From assembly GCA_025594325.1 (NCBI GenBank), contig JANHCV010000003.1, positions 1,922,001 to 1,986,000 on the forward strand: a DNA stretch of 64,000 nucleotides, given 5' to 3'. A model generated the notes under the pieces. It searched no databases, was not told where the DNA came from, and saw only the letters and a program-made list of their open reading frames with translations. This DNA comes from Blastocladiella emersonii ATCC 22665 (Eukaryota > Fungi > Blastocladiomycota). The position numbers and the translations under genes are program-made. Within the stretch, counting starts at the first letter, position 1. Each line of letters starts with the position of its first letter. Positions 32,982 to 45,423 of this stretch are shown here, in pieces.

Positions 32982-35900
32982 ATGAACCGATCGAGCCTCT
33001 CGGCCGCGGCTGGCAGCGCGCTGTTCCCCTCGTCATTTCACGTCTCCGCGTCCACGGCCAACGGGCTCAGCGGCATGGTCGCAGGCGGCATTCCGGCTGG
33101 CTTGGCGAACCCACTCCACTACCGCCATGAAAGCCATGAGCCCGACGCACCGCCGTCGCCCCGCGCCGCTCCTGTGAGCGCCGCGGCGACGGCAGCCATG
33201 GTCGGCCAGCGCGCGGGCGCGTTCGAGCAGACCGTGTTCAATGTGGCCTACATCACTTCGCGACGAGAGCAGATCAACCCGAAGTTCTCGTGGGCCATGA
33301 CCATCGTCGACGACGCGCAGGTGCGTATGCCGCGCCGCGATCTGGCCCGGCTGAGCTGGCTCGAGCTCGCGACTTACCACAATACCACCTCGCATCGCAT
33401 AGCTATTGTCGTTCGTGTTCAAAGATCAACTACTAGGTGGTCTTCCGCCTATCTTCACGTCCGTCGTCGAGCCGACCAAGTTTCTCAACTCATATATGGC
33501 CTTCGCGCTCTCCAATGTCGCCGGTACACTATAGCTCGGGTCTTTAACTTGCAGAACGCCGACTGACGATTCTGCGAGCTGCATATAGCCATCATCGCGG
33601 TCTTGTCCACGATTGCGCTCATTTTTACAGTCATTGTCGCGATGCACCGCCAGGCCAAGGTGCCGATCTCGGTCCTGCGCCTGCTGCGCCTGCTCTGCAC
33701 GCTGCTCTTCACCGTCTTCAGCATTCCGACTGCGGGCCTGTTCCTCAAGGGCCTCCACAACCGGAACGGCCGCGTGCACATCTACGACCAGGCGTTTGAC
33801 TCGGCGCGCCATTTTCCTCTCATGGCCTTTGACATCCTCAGCATCGTTGTGTTCGTCCCTCTGCTGCTCGTCGGCAGTCTACTGGTACGTGTTTCGCTCG
33901 GTGGTGCGGTTGGCCGATGTACTGAGTGCGCCCTCGCCCTGGTCAAGTAGTACATTGAGAACTCGCCGACCAGCACGAACCCGCTCGCCCGCGCACACGG
34001 ACGCACCGATCTGCTGGCGCGGTCACTCCGTCTCCTCTTCGTCGCCCTCAGCACGTTCGCGTTCGATTTCGGTGACGAGGGCAAGTGGGTGTTCATGATC
34101 GCCGTGTCCGCGGGCCTCGCGTACCTCACCTACGAGTTCGCCGTGTCGCAGCCCTACTACTCGGCGCGCATGACCATCGTGCGATCGAGCTTCACGGCCT
34201 CGGCCAGCGCGTCGATGCTCGCGTCCATGGTCATGGTCGGCGTCGGCCAGCCGTCGTGGTCGTGGATGGTCCCCGCCATCACGGCGCCCGTCGTGTTCGT
34301 CATCGCGCTACTCGGCGTCCGGTGGTTCATCTGGCACTACTTTGCCCTCAGCATCCGCCGCTGGCACCGCTACGCCTCGGCCAACTCGAGCGCTGGCGGG
34401 CTCGACTTCACGGGCCTCGCGCACCCCGAATTCGGGACGATCCTCGCGTCCACGCTCGAGACCAGCTCGCCCACCCTGCCTCACGAAGTGGGCTCGATCC
34501 GGTTTGCCCAGGCGCCCATGACCACGCAGCAGCGCGCCCACTCGTTCTCCGGTAACGGAACCACCAGCGCGCTCCCGTCGCAGCAGCTCCAGCAGCAGCC
34601 GGCCATCGTCGAGACGCGGTTCCCGTCCATGGGCCGCACCATGAAGTCAGCGCGGTTCTCGGTCGGTGGCGGTGGCGGTGGAGCCATGGGCGCGCGGTCC
34701 ATCGAAGCCCCCGGCCAGTCGACGTTCACAACGCTCGGCCACGGCCCGGGCAACAACCTCCTCGAGGGCCTGCTCAAGGGCAGCTCGCTCGAGGCGCTCA
34801 AGACGGTGCTGGAGCGGCCGGGAAAGCGCGACCGACACCGTCGGCGCGTCTTTACGAGCCCGCTGCAGGTCGAGATCTGTGCGTACCATTCATCTCTGTC
34901 TTGCGCCGACCGCCTCCGCTGACATCTGCGTCTACCACAGGCATCCGCTTTCTGCGACTCGGAGACCCGACGGCCAAGCAAATCTCGCTCGGACTTCAAC
35001 TTCTCGATTGCGGGCTGAGCCAGTTCCCCAAGGACCACCACCTGCAACTGCTCGCTGCGACCTACCTCGCCGCATACTTTGGCCCGAGCGGCGAGCGCGC
35101 CGCGCGCGTGCTCATGGACGAGCTGCACCGGTCGCACCGAAACGTGTCGTTCGGGGTGCGCTACCTGATCTACCTCCGGGTGCGCGCGCTGCGCGACCGC
35201 GGCGAGGGAGCGCTCGATCTCGCTGCTCTCGAAAGTTTGGGACGCGAGGTGCGCCGGTACCACGTCCGTGCTCTCCGCGGGATCCGCGACCTGTGGGAGT
35301 GCATCCGCGTCCGCGCCAGCCCCGGCGTGCTCGTCGACGTGGTCGCGTCCCTCGCCGCGAACCAGGCCGGCGCCGACCAGTGCTACCGTCGCCTGCTCAA
35401 CCGCGACCCGCGCAACCGCACCCACCTGCGAGCGTACGCGCAGTTCCTCGCGTGTGTCGAGGCGGACCCGGTGCGCGCGCAGCACATGCTCGAGATTGCC
35501 GAGGAGGGTACGCTTCCGCTCCTCGCACTCTTGTCTTCCGTGGAAACTAACCGACTGATGAACCGTGTAGTCGAGCTCGAGGAGACGAGCGCCAAGGCGC
35601 GCGAGTACCAGCCCGAGACGTCGTTTCCCGACACGGCGCCCATCACCACGACCTTCGTCTCGACCACGGCGGCCGCGGCCGCGTCCATGACCACGGCACG
35701 CGCAAGTCCAGTGCCTCCATCGCCGCCACCACCGCCCGCGCTGCGCACCGACCCCATGGTGTCCAGCAGCGGCCCGCAGATTGGCGGCAGCCACGGCGTC
35801 CTGTCCTCGCTGGCCATGACGCCGTCCAGCCCGCTCGGGATGCCTGTCGTGAGCGCCAACAGCAGCGGGAGCTCGGCGAGCAACGACGATTTCGGCTCCG

Positions 35901-38377
35901 ACTTTCTCTCGCGGATGCAGCAACCGCCGCGGTCGCCCCAGCCCCAGCGCTCGTCGACGCTGCCGCGCGCCAGCAGTCGAACCGCCGCCAACCCGGCGGG
36001 CACTCCGATCACTCCGGCGTCGCCTGGCACGAGGACGCCCGGCAGCGGCAGCACCAAAGGCCCCGTGCTACGCACGAGCCAGGTCCTGTTCGCACCGCCG
36101 CGGCCAGCGACGCAGGCGCTCAGCCCGGCCGGCGGCAGCCTGGTGACCGACGACGCGGGGCCCGTCGAGCCGACCCCGATGCTCCCGCCGCCGGGGCAGC
36201 CGCGCGGAATCGCGGTGCCGAGCGTTCCTGGACGTCCCGGCTCGAAGACGTCGGGCAGCTCGCTGAGCCGGGCCGAGCGCGCGCGCGCCGCGACGCGGCG
36301 CCAGATGATGGAGCGGCTGACGCGGCCGCTGCGTCGCGTGTGGGAGGTGGCGGTCCCTTCGGTCCTGTTCTTCGGCAGCGTGATCGGCGGTTTCGCGCTG
36401 TGCATCGACTTTTTCAACGCGACGACGGACCTGCTGCACCGGTTCGAGGTGAGCTCTAACGCGATCGCGTACTCGGTCGAGCTGATCCGCCAGCTCCGCG
36501 CGCTCGTCAACTACAACGCGCTCGGCAACGTGGCCGGGGCGCTGGGTGCGGCCAAGAAGATGGAGGAGAGCTACGCTTCGACCGTGGCGCTGCTCGAGAG
36601 CCTCTCGCAGTGGGACTCGCAGTCGTCGACGCAGGCGGCCATGACGCGGCTCTACTGGACGCAGATCATCAGCGCCAACTCGACCGACTTCACGCCCGTC
36701 GACCTGCCGCCGCTCCAGGTCCTCGGGCTCGTGGTCCAGGCCGCGTCGATTGCGTCTGGGTTCAAGGCGCCGGGCGTGCTGACCACGGACCTCTTCATTG
36801 CGACGCCCGAGCTTCGGCTCCTCGGCTACAACATGATGAGCATCCTCTACGGGCTCGAGGAGCTGCCGGACGTGATCATCCAGGACTACGCGGGCAGCGT
36901 CAACAAGTCGGTCATCACCATGTTCCTCACGCTCGCGCTGTCCATCAGCTTCTTCCTCGCCGTTTCGGTCGTCATTTTCCGCCTGGTACGCATGGCCGCT
37001 CGTGGTCGCTCGCGGAAGCTCGGCTCACGTCCTCGAATGACTAGGTCCTCAACCGCTTCTTTGCCAACGAGTCGCACACCCTCGCGATACTCAGCACCCT
37101 GCCACCGTCAGCCGCCAGCGCCCTCGTGACCGAGATGGAGGACGAGATCGAGAACTTTTGCGAGGTGACGGGCGATGCCGACGAAGCCGGGGCCGGGGGC
37201 GCCGCGGCGGAAGTGGACTCGCCGTCGACAGCGACCACGCGTGCCAGCAGCGGCAGTACGGGAACAAGGCGCACGCTTCGATACCGGGCCGCGCTCGCGG
37301 CCGGGTGGCTCATTGCCAGCACGTTCGTCCTCAGCATGTTCCTGGTTGCGCTCAAGTACGTTTCCTCGCGCTCGCGCAGGATGAATGTTCATCAGAGATC
37401 GCGTGCTGACAACGGAGACACTCGTACGTCTAGATCGTCGTCTGTGACGGTGCCCATCAATCAGATGATCAAGTCCAGCAACCGAGGCTTCCACATGTCC
37501 GTGTGCTCGGTCTTCACCCGCGAGTTCTTCTCGGTCGACACGACGGTGTCCGACGGTACGCGCGCGAATGCATCCGCGATTCGCGATTGTGCTGACGTTC
37601 GAGCGTCCGCGTGTAGCCGAGTCGATTCGGCAAACGCGCAGCTCCATTCTCGACCTGCGCACGATCCACCAACAGCTGACAGTCGACGACCGCGGCCTGT
37701 CGCAGCTGCTGCCGGCGCTCACGGTGGTCCCGCGCCCGCTCTCATCGCTGTCCGGCATCGTCGCGCGGCCGGACCTCGGGTTCACGGCCGAGATGGCTTC
37801 GCTCCCGCTCAACACGGAGCTGTCGCGCTACATCGAGGTGATCACGCGGCTCATGGACCAGGTCGTACAGAGCAAGACGGACCCGACTTTCGATGCCACC
37901 AACACGACAACGACCGCGTACCGGACGTGGCAGCTGAGCGAGCTGCTGAGCAACGACATCCTGCCACGGCTCAACGCTATCGGCGACGCGCTGCAGACGA
38001 GCATGGCCAACGAGGTGTCATTCAACATGACGCTATGCAGCGTGATGCTCGCGTTCGCGCTGATCACGGGTGTCGCGCTGGCCGGCCTCTACGCAGGCGT
38101 TGCGCTGCGCAGGTTGCGCCGCGAGGCCAAGACGCTCGCGTGCATCATGCACCTTCTGCCGGCCGCTGTGGTCAAGGACGCGCCCGACGTGGCGCGATTC
38201 ATCGAGACGGGCGGCATGTCACTCGAAGCGGTGGCGTCGGGCGACGCGTCCAACATGGCGTCCAACTCGTCTGCGCAGCAGGCGGTCAGGGCGCATGTCA
38301 GGGCGAGGTCGGGCCCAGACCAGCAGCAGGACGACCAAGCAGCGACGGCGTCCATGTCGTCGCGGGGAGATTTATAG
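32982..38377 (+). CDS. TmcB/TmcC (tiny macrocysts)-like multi-pass membrane protein
   Basis: Multi-intron gene: N-terminal TM bundle (DAQLLSFVF..., LLFTVFSIP), RRVFTSPLQVEIC.RFL, TPR-like YRRLLNRDPRN...LRAYAQFLACVEAD...AQHMLEIAEE, then two TM-ectodomain-TM units ending in E..TL..L..LP motifs. Family call is from recalled motifs. Confidence 0.65.
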
Positions 38378-38871
38378 AAGACAATGAGATGCCTTTTGAT
38401 CATCCTGGTGGTCGGGTATTGGCTAGACGCAACGATCCGGCGCATCGAGGATGGCTGAACGCGTCGCGTTCCATGTTCACGTGCGTGTGTCCGCCGCGTC
38501 GTTTCTTGCTGGCTTGACATCACCGCATGGAAGCTCTCGAAAGTCGTGGAGTGATTGGGTTCTGGACGTTGTTGGCGCGTCTCCATGGTTGCAGTCGCGG
38601 TGACAGTTGTAGCGCAGGCAGAGGGGTTACATCGCGACCACCTGCGCGCTAAAAAGAGAGCTGTCAGTCAAATTCGGAGTACACCGAGAGTCTCCCGCGA
38701 CCGAGGAACTGGGGACTGGTCACGCGTGCGACAATGGAATGCTCTCAAGTCTCCCGCACCCAATTCGGACCAGGCACACGGTCCGCGGACTAATTTGAAC
38801 GTCAACGGCGCTCTCCGTAACAGCCCAACTGTGCTCTCTACTTGCAATGGAATGTAATCAGCTATTTCACC

Positions 38872-41145
38872 ATGGACATCATCGATTGGACCCTCGACAA
38901 GGCCAAGCGGAGCTACTCGATGGCCGACTTGACCTTGTCGGCTTTGCCAACGACGCCGCTGCTGCTTCCGCCGCCGCGGGTTGAGGCCATCCGCAAGGCC
39001 ATTATTGGGCGCAAGGCGGAGTTCATCACCCCGCTCGGCTTCAAGCGTCGCGTAACCTACTGCGACTTCTTCGCCTCGGGCAAGCCGCTCGCTTTCATCG
39101 AGGACTGTATGCGCGACGAGGTCATGCCCTTCTACGCCAACACCCACACCACGACCACGGTCACGGCCAAGCGCACCGGCGCGCTCCGCGAGGCCGCCCG
39201 CGCCGAGATCCTGCGCGCCGTCAACGGTCTGCCCAAGCCCGCCGCTACTCCGACTTCCGCTCATCACGGCGCCAAGGACGAGGGCATCGCCACGCCGACC
39301 ACCGGATCACCCGACCAGTCCGAGGCCAGCAGCGGCGACGACTTGGCCAGCGACAGCGGCGCGTCGTCGATCGTCATGGACGCAAACGCAGCCGCAGGCC
39401 TTCCGCCCGTCTCGCGCCCCGACACGCACTGCACGGTCCTGTTCACGGGCAGCGGCAGCACGGCCGCGATCCAGCACCTGCTCCTGACGCTGCGCCTGCA
39501 CGACGGCGCCGTGTGGCCTGGACCGCGCCGTCCGGTCGTCCTGACGTCCATCATGGAGCACCACTCGAACCTACTCCCGTGGCGCGAGGCGCACTGCGAC
39601 GTGGTCACGATCCCCGTCGTCGACAACGGCCGCGCGCTCGACCTGGTCGCGCTCGAGTCGGTTTTGTGCAAAGCGACGGCCGCGGGCGCGCCGCTCATTG
39701 TCGGCAGTTTCTCGGCCGGGTCCAACGTGACGGGCATCCCCATCGACGTGCGGCCCATCGCGCGCCTGCTCCACCGGTACGGCGCGCTCGCATGCTTCGA
39801 CTACGCGGGCGTCGGCGCGTACGTCGACGTGGACATGCAGGGCGACGCGGCCGCCGACCCGCTCGGGTACCTCGACGCCGTGTACCTCAGCCCGCACAAG
39901 TTCATGGGCGGGCCCGGCTCGCCCGGCGTTCTGGTCGTGCGCACCGCGATCCTGTCCGCCAACAAGGTGCCCGCGCGGCCCGGTGGCGGCGCCGTGTGTT
40001 TCGTGAGCCTGGCCGGGCAAGAGTACGTGCACCAGGAGATCGAAGAGCGCGAGGAGGCCGGCACCCCCGCGATCCTCGAGGCGATCCGGTGCGGGCTCGC
40101 GTTCCGCACCAAGTCCCGCGTCGGCGCCGACACGATCCACGCGCTCGAGTCGCGCATCGCGCGGGCCGGGCTCGACCGCCTGACGGCGGACCCGTGTATC
40201 GAGGTGCTGGGCGATACGACCGGCGACCGCGTGCCCGTCTTCTCGATCCTGATCGCGGCGCCGCGCGAGGGCATGCTGCACCACCACAACTTTCTGTCGG
40301 CGGCGCTCAACGACGTGTTCGGGATCCAGTCGCGCGGCGGGTGCATGTGCGCGGGCCCGTACTTTGAGGTACTGAAAGCGATCCCGCGCGACCGCGTCGC
40401 GCTCATGGGCCGCCTGTTCAACCACGACGACGCGGTCCGCGGCGAGGCCCTACGCAGCGGCGACGCTTCGCCGTCGTGTACGTGCGCCGCGGCTAAGTCG
40501 GCGGCCGGCGGCGGCGCAAGCGATACCAGCAGCAGTACTGGCGCGGATAAGGCGGGCAGCAGCAGCGGTGTCAAGGTCCCGTTCATTGACTCGCTGCGCA
40601 GCGGCTTCCTCCGCTTCTCGTTCAACTACTTTTCCGCGCCGCACGATGTTGAGTACGTGCTGCGTACCGTCGAGTGGATGGCGACGCACGGCCACAAGCT
40701 GCTGCCGCTGTACCACGTCGACCCGGCGCACGGCAAGTGGGAGCCACGGGTCTCTGCCCAAGAAGTCGCGGATCTCACGCATCGAGCTCCCCTCAGCGGG
40801 TCGCTGAACACGCTGGCTGTCGATAGCGCAGACGTCCACGCCGGCAGCCTTGCACGCCTCACGTCACGCCAGCTCGCGGCCTTCGACGAGGCCAACCGAC
40901 TCATCGATCCTCGTCGACTGCACTCGTGGCGCCGCGACCACACCGACGAGCTGGCCGCGGAGCTCGTGCGCGACTACGGCCGCCCCGAGGTCGCGGCCGT
41001 CGCGCATCTGCGGTGGTGGCTCCATCCCGCCGAGGCGTGCGCCGATATTCTCGCGAAAAGAGCTGTACAGGACACGGGCAAGTGGTTCGCGTCGATGGGC
41101 GGCCGCCTGCTCGGCCGGATCAGACGGGCCACGCACGATGTGTGA
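38872..41145 (+). CDS. Class V PLP-dependent aminotransferase / cysteine desulfurase-like protein, copy 2 (intronless)
   Basis: Same motifs as 12708-14918: YCDFFASGKPLAFIED, YANTHT, SPHKFMGGPG and GIQSRGGCMCAGPY. Confidence 0.9.
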   Translation: MDIIDWTLDKAKRSYSMADLTLSALPTTPLLLPPPRVEAIRKAIIGRKAEFITPLGFKRRVTYCDFFASGKPLAFIEDCMRDEVMPFYANTHTTTTVTAKRTGALREAARAEILRAVNGLPKPAATPTSAHHGAKDEGIATPTTGSPDQSEASSGDDLASDSGASSIVMDANAAAGLPPVSRPDTHCTVLFTGSGSTAAIQHLLLTLRLHDGAVWPGPRRPVVLTSIMEHHSNLLPWREAHCDVVTIPVVDNGRALDLVALESVLCKATAAGAPLIVGSFSAGSNVTGIPIDVRPIARLLHRYGALACFDYAGVGAYVDVDMQGDAAADPLGYLDAVYLSPHKFMGGPGSPGVLVVRTAILSANKVPARPGGGAVCFVSLAGQEYVHQEIEEREEAGTPAILEAIRCGLAFRTKSRVGADTIHALESRIARAGLDRLTADPCIEVLGDTTGDRVPVFSILIAAPREGMLHHHNFLSAALNDVFGIQSRGGCMCAGPYFEVLKAIPRDRVALMGRLFNHDDAVRGEALRSGDASPSCTCAAAKSAAGGGASDTSSSTGADKAGSSSGVKVPFIDSLRSGFLRFSFNYFSAPHDVEYVLRTVEWMATHGHKLLPLYHVDPAHGKWEPRVSAQEVADLTHRAPLSGSLNTLAVDSADVHAGSLARLTSRQLAAFDEANRLIDPRRLHSWRRDHTDELAAELVRDYGRPEVAAVAHLRWWLHPAEACADILAKRAVQDTGKWFASMGGRLLGRIRRATHDV

Positions 41146-42109
41146 TCCTTTCATGCGTTGAGCCGGGCTTGATATACCAGTTGCTGTAGTAGTCGTAACC
41201 GCGAGTCGGACGTGTCGCGGCCGCTGGCACGAAGGCGAACGGGAGGGTACCGAGCGGGCAGAGCGGGCAGTCGGCCGTGGCCGTCCATGGCCATGGTCAT
41301 GGCCACGCGCAAGCAACCCAGGATCCTGATGCAACAAAGCGGACCAGGAACGTAAAGTAGCAACACGACCACGCCAAAGCGAGGCACGAAGGCGGACGTA
41401 AAGTAGCAACGCAATAGAGATGTCTTTCGAGTGGTTGCCCCCAACAGTCAAAGGCTCATAGAGCCGGCCGCCGAGCAGAGCCCAGCAGCGCATACAGAGA
41501 GGTACGAAATACTCGATAGCCTCGCGCTCTCCCTCGTTCCCGTTACCCCTCCCGGACTCGACCGCCCGATCAGGCATGCACACGACCCCGAAGGACACGC
41601 ATACACATCCATCACGAACGGTGGGGCCGGTCGGCGAGGCGGAGGGCGTCCAAGGCAGCGCCAAACCCAAGGATCAGTGGAGCGCAGTCAGCCCGAAAGC
41701 CTTCCACACTCTACATCGTCACCTGCGAGGGCAGCCTGGTCTCGGAGCGGCGAAAAGGGACGATAGTTAGTATCGCACCGTACCGAGCGTGAACCGTACG
41801 CCAGAACGGGGCCCATGAGGGCGGTCCAAGCGCTTCACCTCGGCGAGTGCTGGTGATTTGATCGGTGATGGGAGAGCGAGGACCGACCGCGCTTTTGTAC
41901 CGACCCCGACCGCGCGACCGAGTGCATACACGCAGTGGGTTGCGTCTCCGGTCAGCTGGTGAAACGTGAGCGAGCAACGATCATGCGTCAGATCAGCGTG
42001 GAATCGAGTCGATGACCAAGTTCAGCGACGCGTGCGGTAGCGGTAGAGATAGGCAAATGAGCGAAACTATATGAAAGCGAGAGAACAACTAGATCGATCC
42101 GACACTAAT

Positions 42110-45100
42110 TCAGGGCCAGACGAGGGTGAGCATGAACTTGGAGCCGTTGGCCTCCTGCTCCTCCTCCATGACGAGCTTCTGGGCGGCGCCGCGCTGGAAC
42201 GACGGCAGGAGCGTCTTCTTGAGGGTCTTGGCAATGAAGTCGGCCTGGGTCGAGAGGACCGTGGCGAGCTGGGCGTTGGGGTCCTCGGTGATCTTGTACA
42301 GGTAGTCGACGACGTCCGTGGGCACGAGACCGGCCTTCTTGCGCAGGCGCTGGACGCGGTTGATGACCTCGCGGGCGAGCGCCTCCTGCTCGAGGGCCTC
42401 GTCCTTGCCGACGTCCATGAGGATGAGCACGTCCTTGTCGTTGGCGGCCTCCCAGTCGGCCGAGGTCCCCGCGTAGTACCGGATGACCTTGAGGTCGTCG
42501 GCCGACAGCGCGATGCCCTCGACCGTGATGGCGCCGGTGCGGGCAAACTCCTTGACCTGCGCCGACGACACTTTGGCGAGCCCGTTCTTGACCTTGGGCA
42601 TGTCCTTGCGCAGCTTGATGCCGAGCACCTTGAAGTCGGCCTCGGCGCGGTACGCCACGTGGTACTTGTCCTCGTCCGACGTCAGCGTGAGCGCGCGCAC
42701 GTTGAGCTCGTCGCGGACAAACTGCTCGAGCGACTGCACGTCGGCGAGGTACTCGGGGTCGGCGTGCAGGACGACGAGCTCGCGGAGCGGCGTCTTGAGC
42801 CCGATGGTGCGGCGGTCGCGGACCACGCGGCCGAGCTCGATCACGGCCTGCATGCGGGCGACGCGGCGCTCGATGACCGTGTCAAAGTACTGGTCCTTGA
42901 CCTCGGGGAACATCTGGAAGTGGACCGAGGCGAACTCGGCCGCGGCCTGGGCGTCGACGGCCGCGTCGGGCGCGGGGACAAACGCCTTGAGCTGCTGGTA
43001 CAGCGACTCGGCCATGAACGGCGTGAAGGGGGCCATGACCTTGGACAGCGACAGGAGCACCTCGAACAGCGTGTTGATGGCGGCGAGGCCGTCCTCGAGC
43101 CCGCCCTCGCACTTGAGGCGGCGGCGGTTGTACCGCACGTACATGTTGGTGAGCTGGTCAATGAACTGGAGCAGGCGCGGCACCACCGTGTACAGGCGGT
43201 ACTCGGACATCTCGGTGCGCACGTAGCCGACGAGCGACTGGAGCGAGGCGAGCACCCACTTGTCCATGACGTTGTTGGCGCCGGTGCCGACGAGCGACGG
43301 GTCGAAGGTGAAGTCGACGGCGTGCTCCTGCTTGACGAGCGCGATCTGGTTCATGAGGAACTTGAACGAGTTGTGCCAGGGGAGCAGCACGCGCGACACG
43401 ATCTCGCGGACGCCCTCCTCCTTGAACAGCAGGAACTCGCCGCGGACGACGGGCGAGTTGATGAGGTACAGGCGCAGGGCGTCGGCGCCGTACGTCTCGA
43501 GGATGTGGGTCGGGTCCGGGTAGTTCTTGAGCCGCTTGGACATCTTCTTGCCGTCGCCGGCGAGCACGAGCCCGTTGACGATCAGGTTCTGGAACGGTGG
43601 CTTGTCGAAGAGGTGCGTCGACAGCACCATGAGCGTGTAGAACCACCCGCGCGTCTGGTCGATGCCCTCGGCGATGAAGTTGGCGGGGAAGCTGGCCTCG
43701 AACTTCTCCTTGTTCTCGAACGGGTAGTGCTGCTGCGCGTACGGCATCGAGCCCGACTCGAACCAGCAGTCGAACACCTCCTCGACGCGGCGCAGGACAC
43801 CGTTGCCCGAGGGCGCCGGGATCGTGATGTGGTCGATCGAGTCGCGGTGCAGGTCCGTGATGTTGTCGACGCCCGAGAGCGCCTGGAGCTCGGCGACCGA
43901 CCCGACGCAGACCATCTCCGAAAAGTCCTCGTTGACCCACAGCGGGATGGGCGTGCCCCAGTACCGGTTGCGCGACACGTTCCAGTCGCGGGCGTTGGCG
44001 AGCCAGTTGTGGAACCGCTTCTCCTGGACAAACTGCGGGACCCAGCGGGACTGGTTGTTGTTGGCGCACAGGCGCTCGCGGAGGTGCGCGACGCGGATGA
44101 ACCACGAGGGGACCGCGCGGTACATGAGCGGGGTGTCGGACCGCCAGCAGAACGGGTACGAGTGGGTGAAGGTGGACTGGCGGATGAGCCGCTTGCGCGC
44201 CTTGAGGTCCTTCTGGATGCCCTTGTCGGCGTCCTTGAAGTACTGGCCGGCGTAGTCGGACACGGGCTCGGTCATGCGGCCGACGTCGTCGACGGGGCAC
44301 GGCAGGAGCTCCTCGGTGATGATGCCGGCGGCGAGGCACACGCGGTGGTCGTCCTCGCCGAACGCGGGCGCCTGGTGCACGATACCGGTGCCCGAGTCGT
44401 CGGTCACGTAGCTGTCGACGACGACGCGGAAGGCGCCGCGCGGGGCAAACTCGGCGGCGAAATAGTCGAAGAGCGGCACGTACTCGATGCCCTTGAGGTC
44501 CGAGCCGAGGTAGCGGTCGACGACCGTGAACTTGGCCTTCTTGAGGTCCTTGTAGATGGCGTCGAGGCGCTTCTCGAGCAGGATGTAGTGCGAGCCCGTC
44601 TCGTGGTCCTTGATCTTGACGTACTCGAAGGTCGGGTTGACGCAGACGGCGAGGTTGGAGGGCAGGGTCCAGGGCGTGGTGGTCCAGGCGAGGAAGGCCG
44701 TGTCGGGGTCGTTGACGAGCGGGAAGGTGACGATGACCGAGGGGTCGTTGACGTCCTTGTAGTTCTGCGAGGCCTCGAAGTTGGCGACGGGGGTCGAGCA
44801 GCCCGTGGAGAAGGGCATGACGCGGTAGCCGCGGTAGACCTGGTCCTTGTCGACGAGCTGCTTGAAGACCCACCAGACCGACTCCATGAAGTCCGGGTTG
44901 AGGGTCTTGTAGTCGTTCTTGAAGTCGATCCAGCGGCCCATGCGGGCGACGGTGGTCTCCCACTCGGACGAGTAGCGCATGACGATCTCGCGGCACGCGG
45001 CGTTGTACTTGTCGATACCCATGGCCATGACGTCGTCGCGGCCCTTGATGCCGAGCTTCTTGTCGATCTCGTGCTCGACGGGGAGGCCATGGCAGTCCCA

Positions 45101-45423
45101 GCCGAAGCGGCGCTCGACGTAGTGGCCCGTGTTGTGCGCGTAGCGGGTCACAATGTCCTTGATGGTGCCGGCGAGCAGGTGGCCGTAGTGCGGCAGGCCC
45201 GTGGCGAAGGGCGGGCCGTCGAAGAAGGAGAAGACGGGGCGGCCCTCGGACAGCTTGAGCGACGTGTGGAAGGCGTCGAGCTCCTCCCACAGCGCGAGGA
45301 TCTTGTGCTCCTCGGTAGGGAAGTTGATGGCTGTTGGCGTGGTCGTGGTTGCGGATGTGAGCAAATGTTCCATGGTTGTTCATCGCATCGTCAAGAGAGA
45401 TACATACGGCCAGAGTCCGCCAT
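42110..45423 (-). CDS. ILS1: Cytosolic isoleucyl-tRNA synthetase
   Basis: GPPFATGLPHYGH (HIGH), GWDCHGLP, WTTTPWTLP, SRNRYWGTP and KMSKR. The true start is probably ATG 45423 (MADSG|PINF) through intron 45331-45407. Confidence 0.95.

Noticed and set aside
41340-41420. 15-bp direct repeat ACGTAAAGTAGCAAC and a hydrophobic minus-strand frame that could be a third membrane-family relic
   Set aside because: Similarity to the 28.4 and 30.3 kb fragments is limited to a few residues (VAMTMAMDG) and cannot be supported by eye.
45331-45407. IleRS start at 45373 (MEHLLTSATTTTPT) from the ORF track
   Set aside because: It lies inside a GTATGT...CAG intron; the upstream ATG at 45423 has better context and splices in frame.
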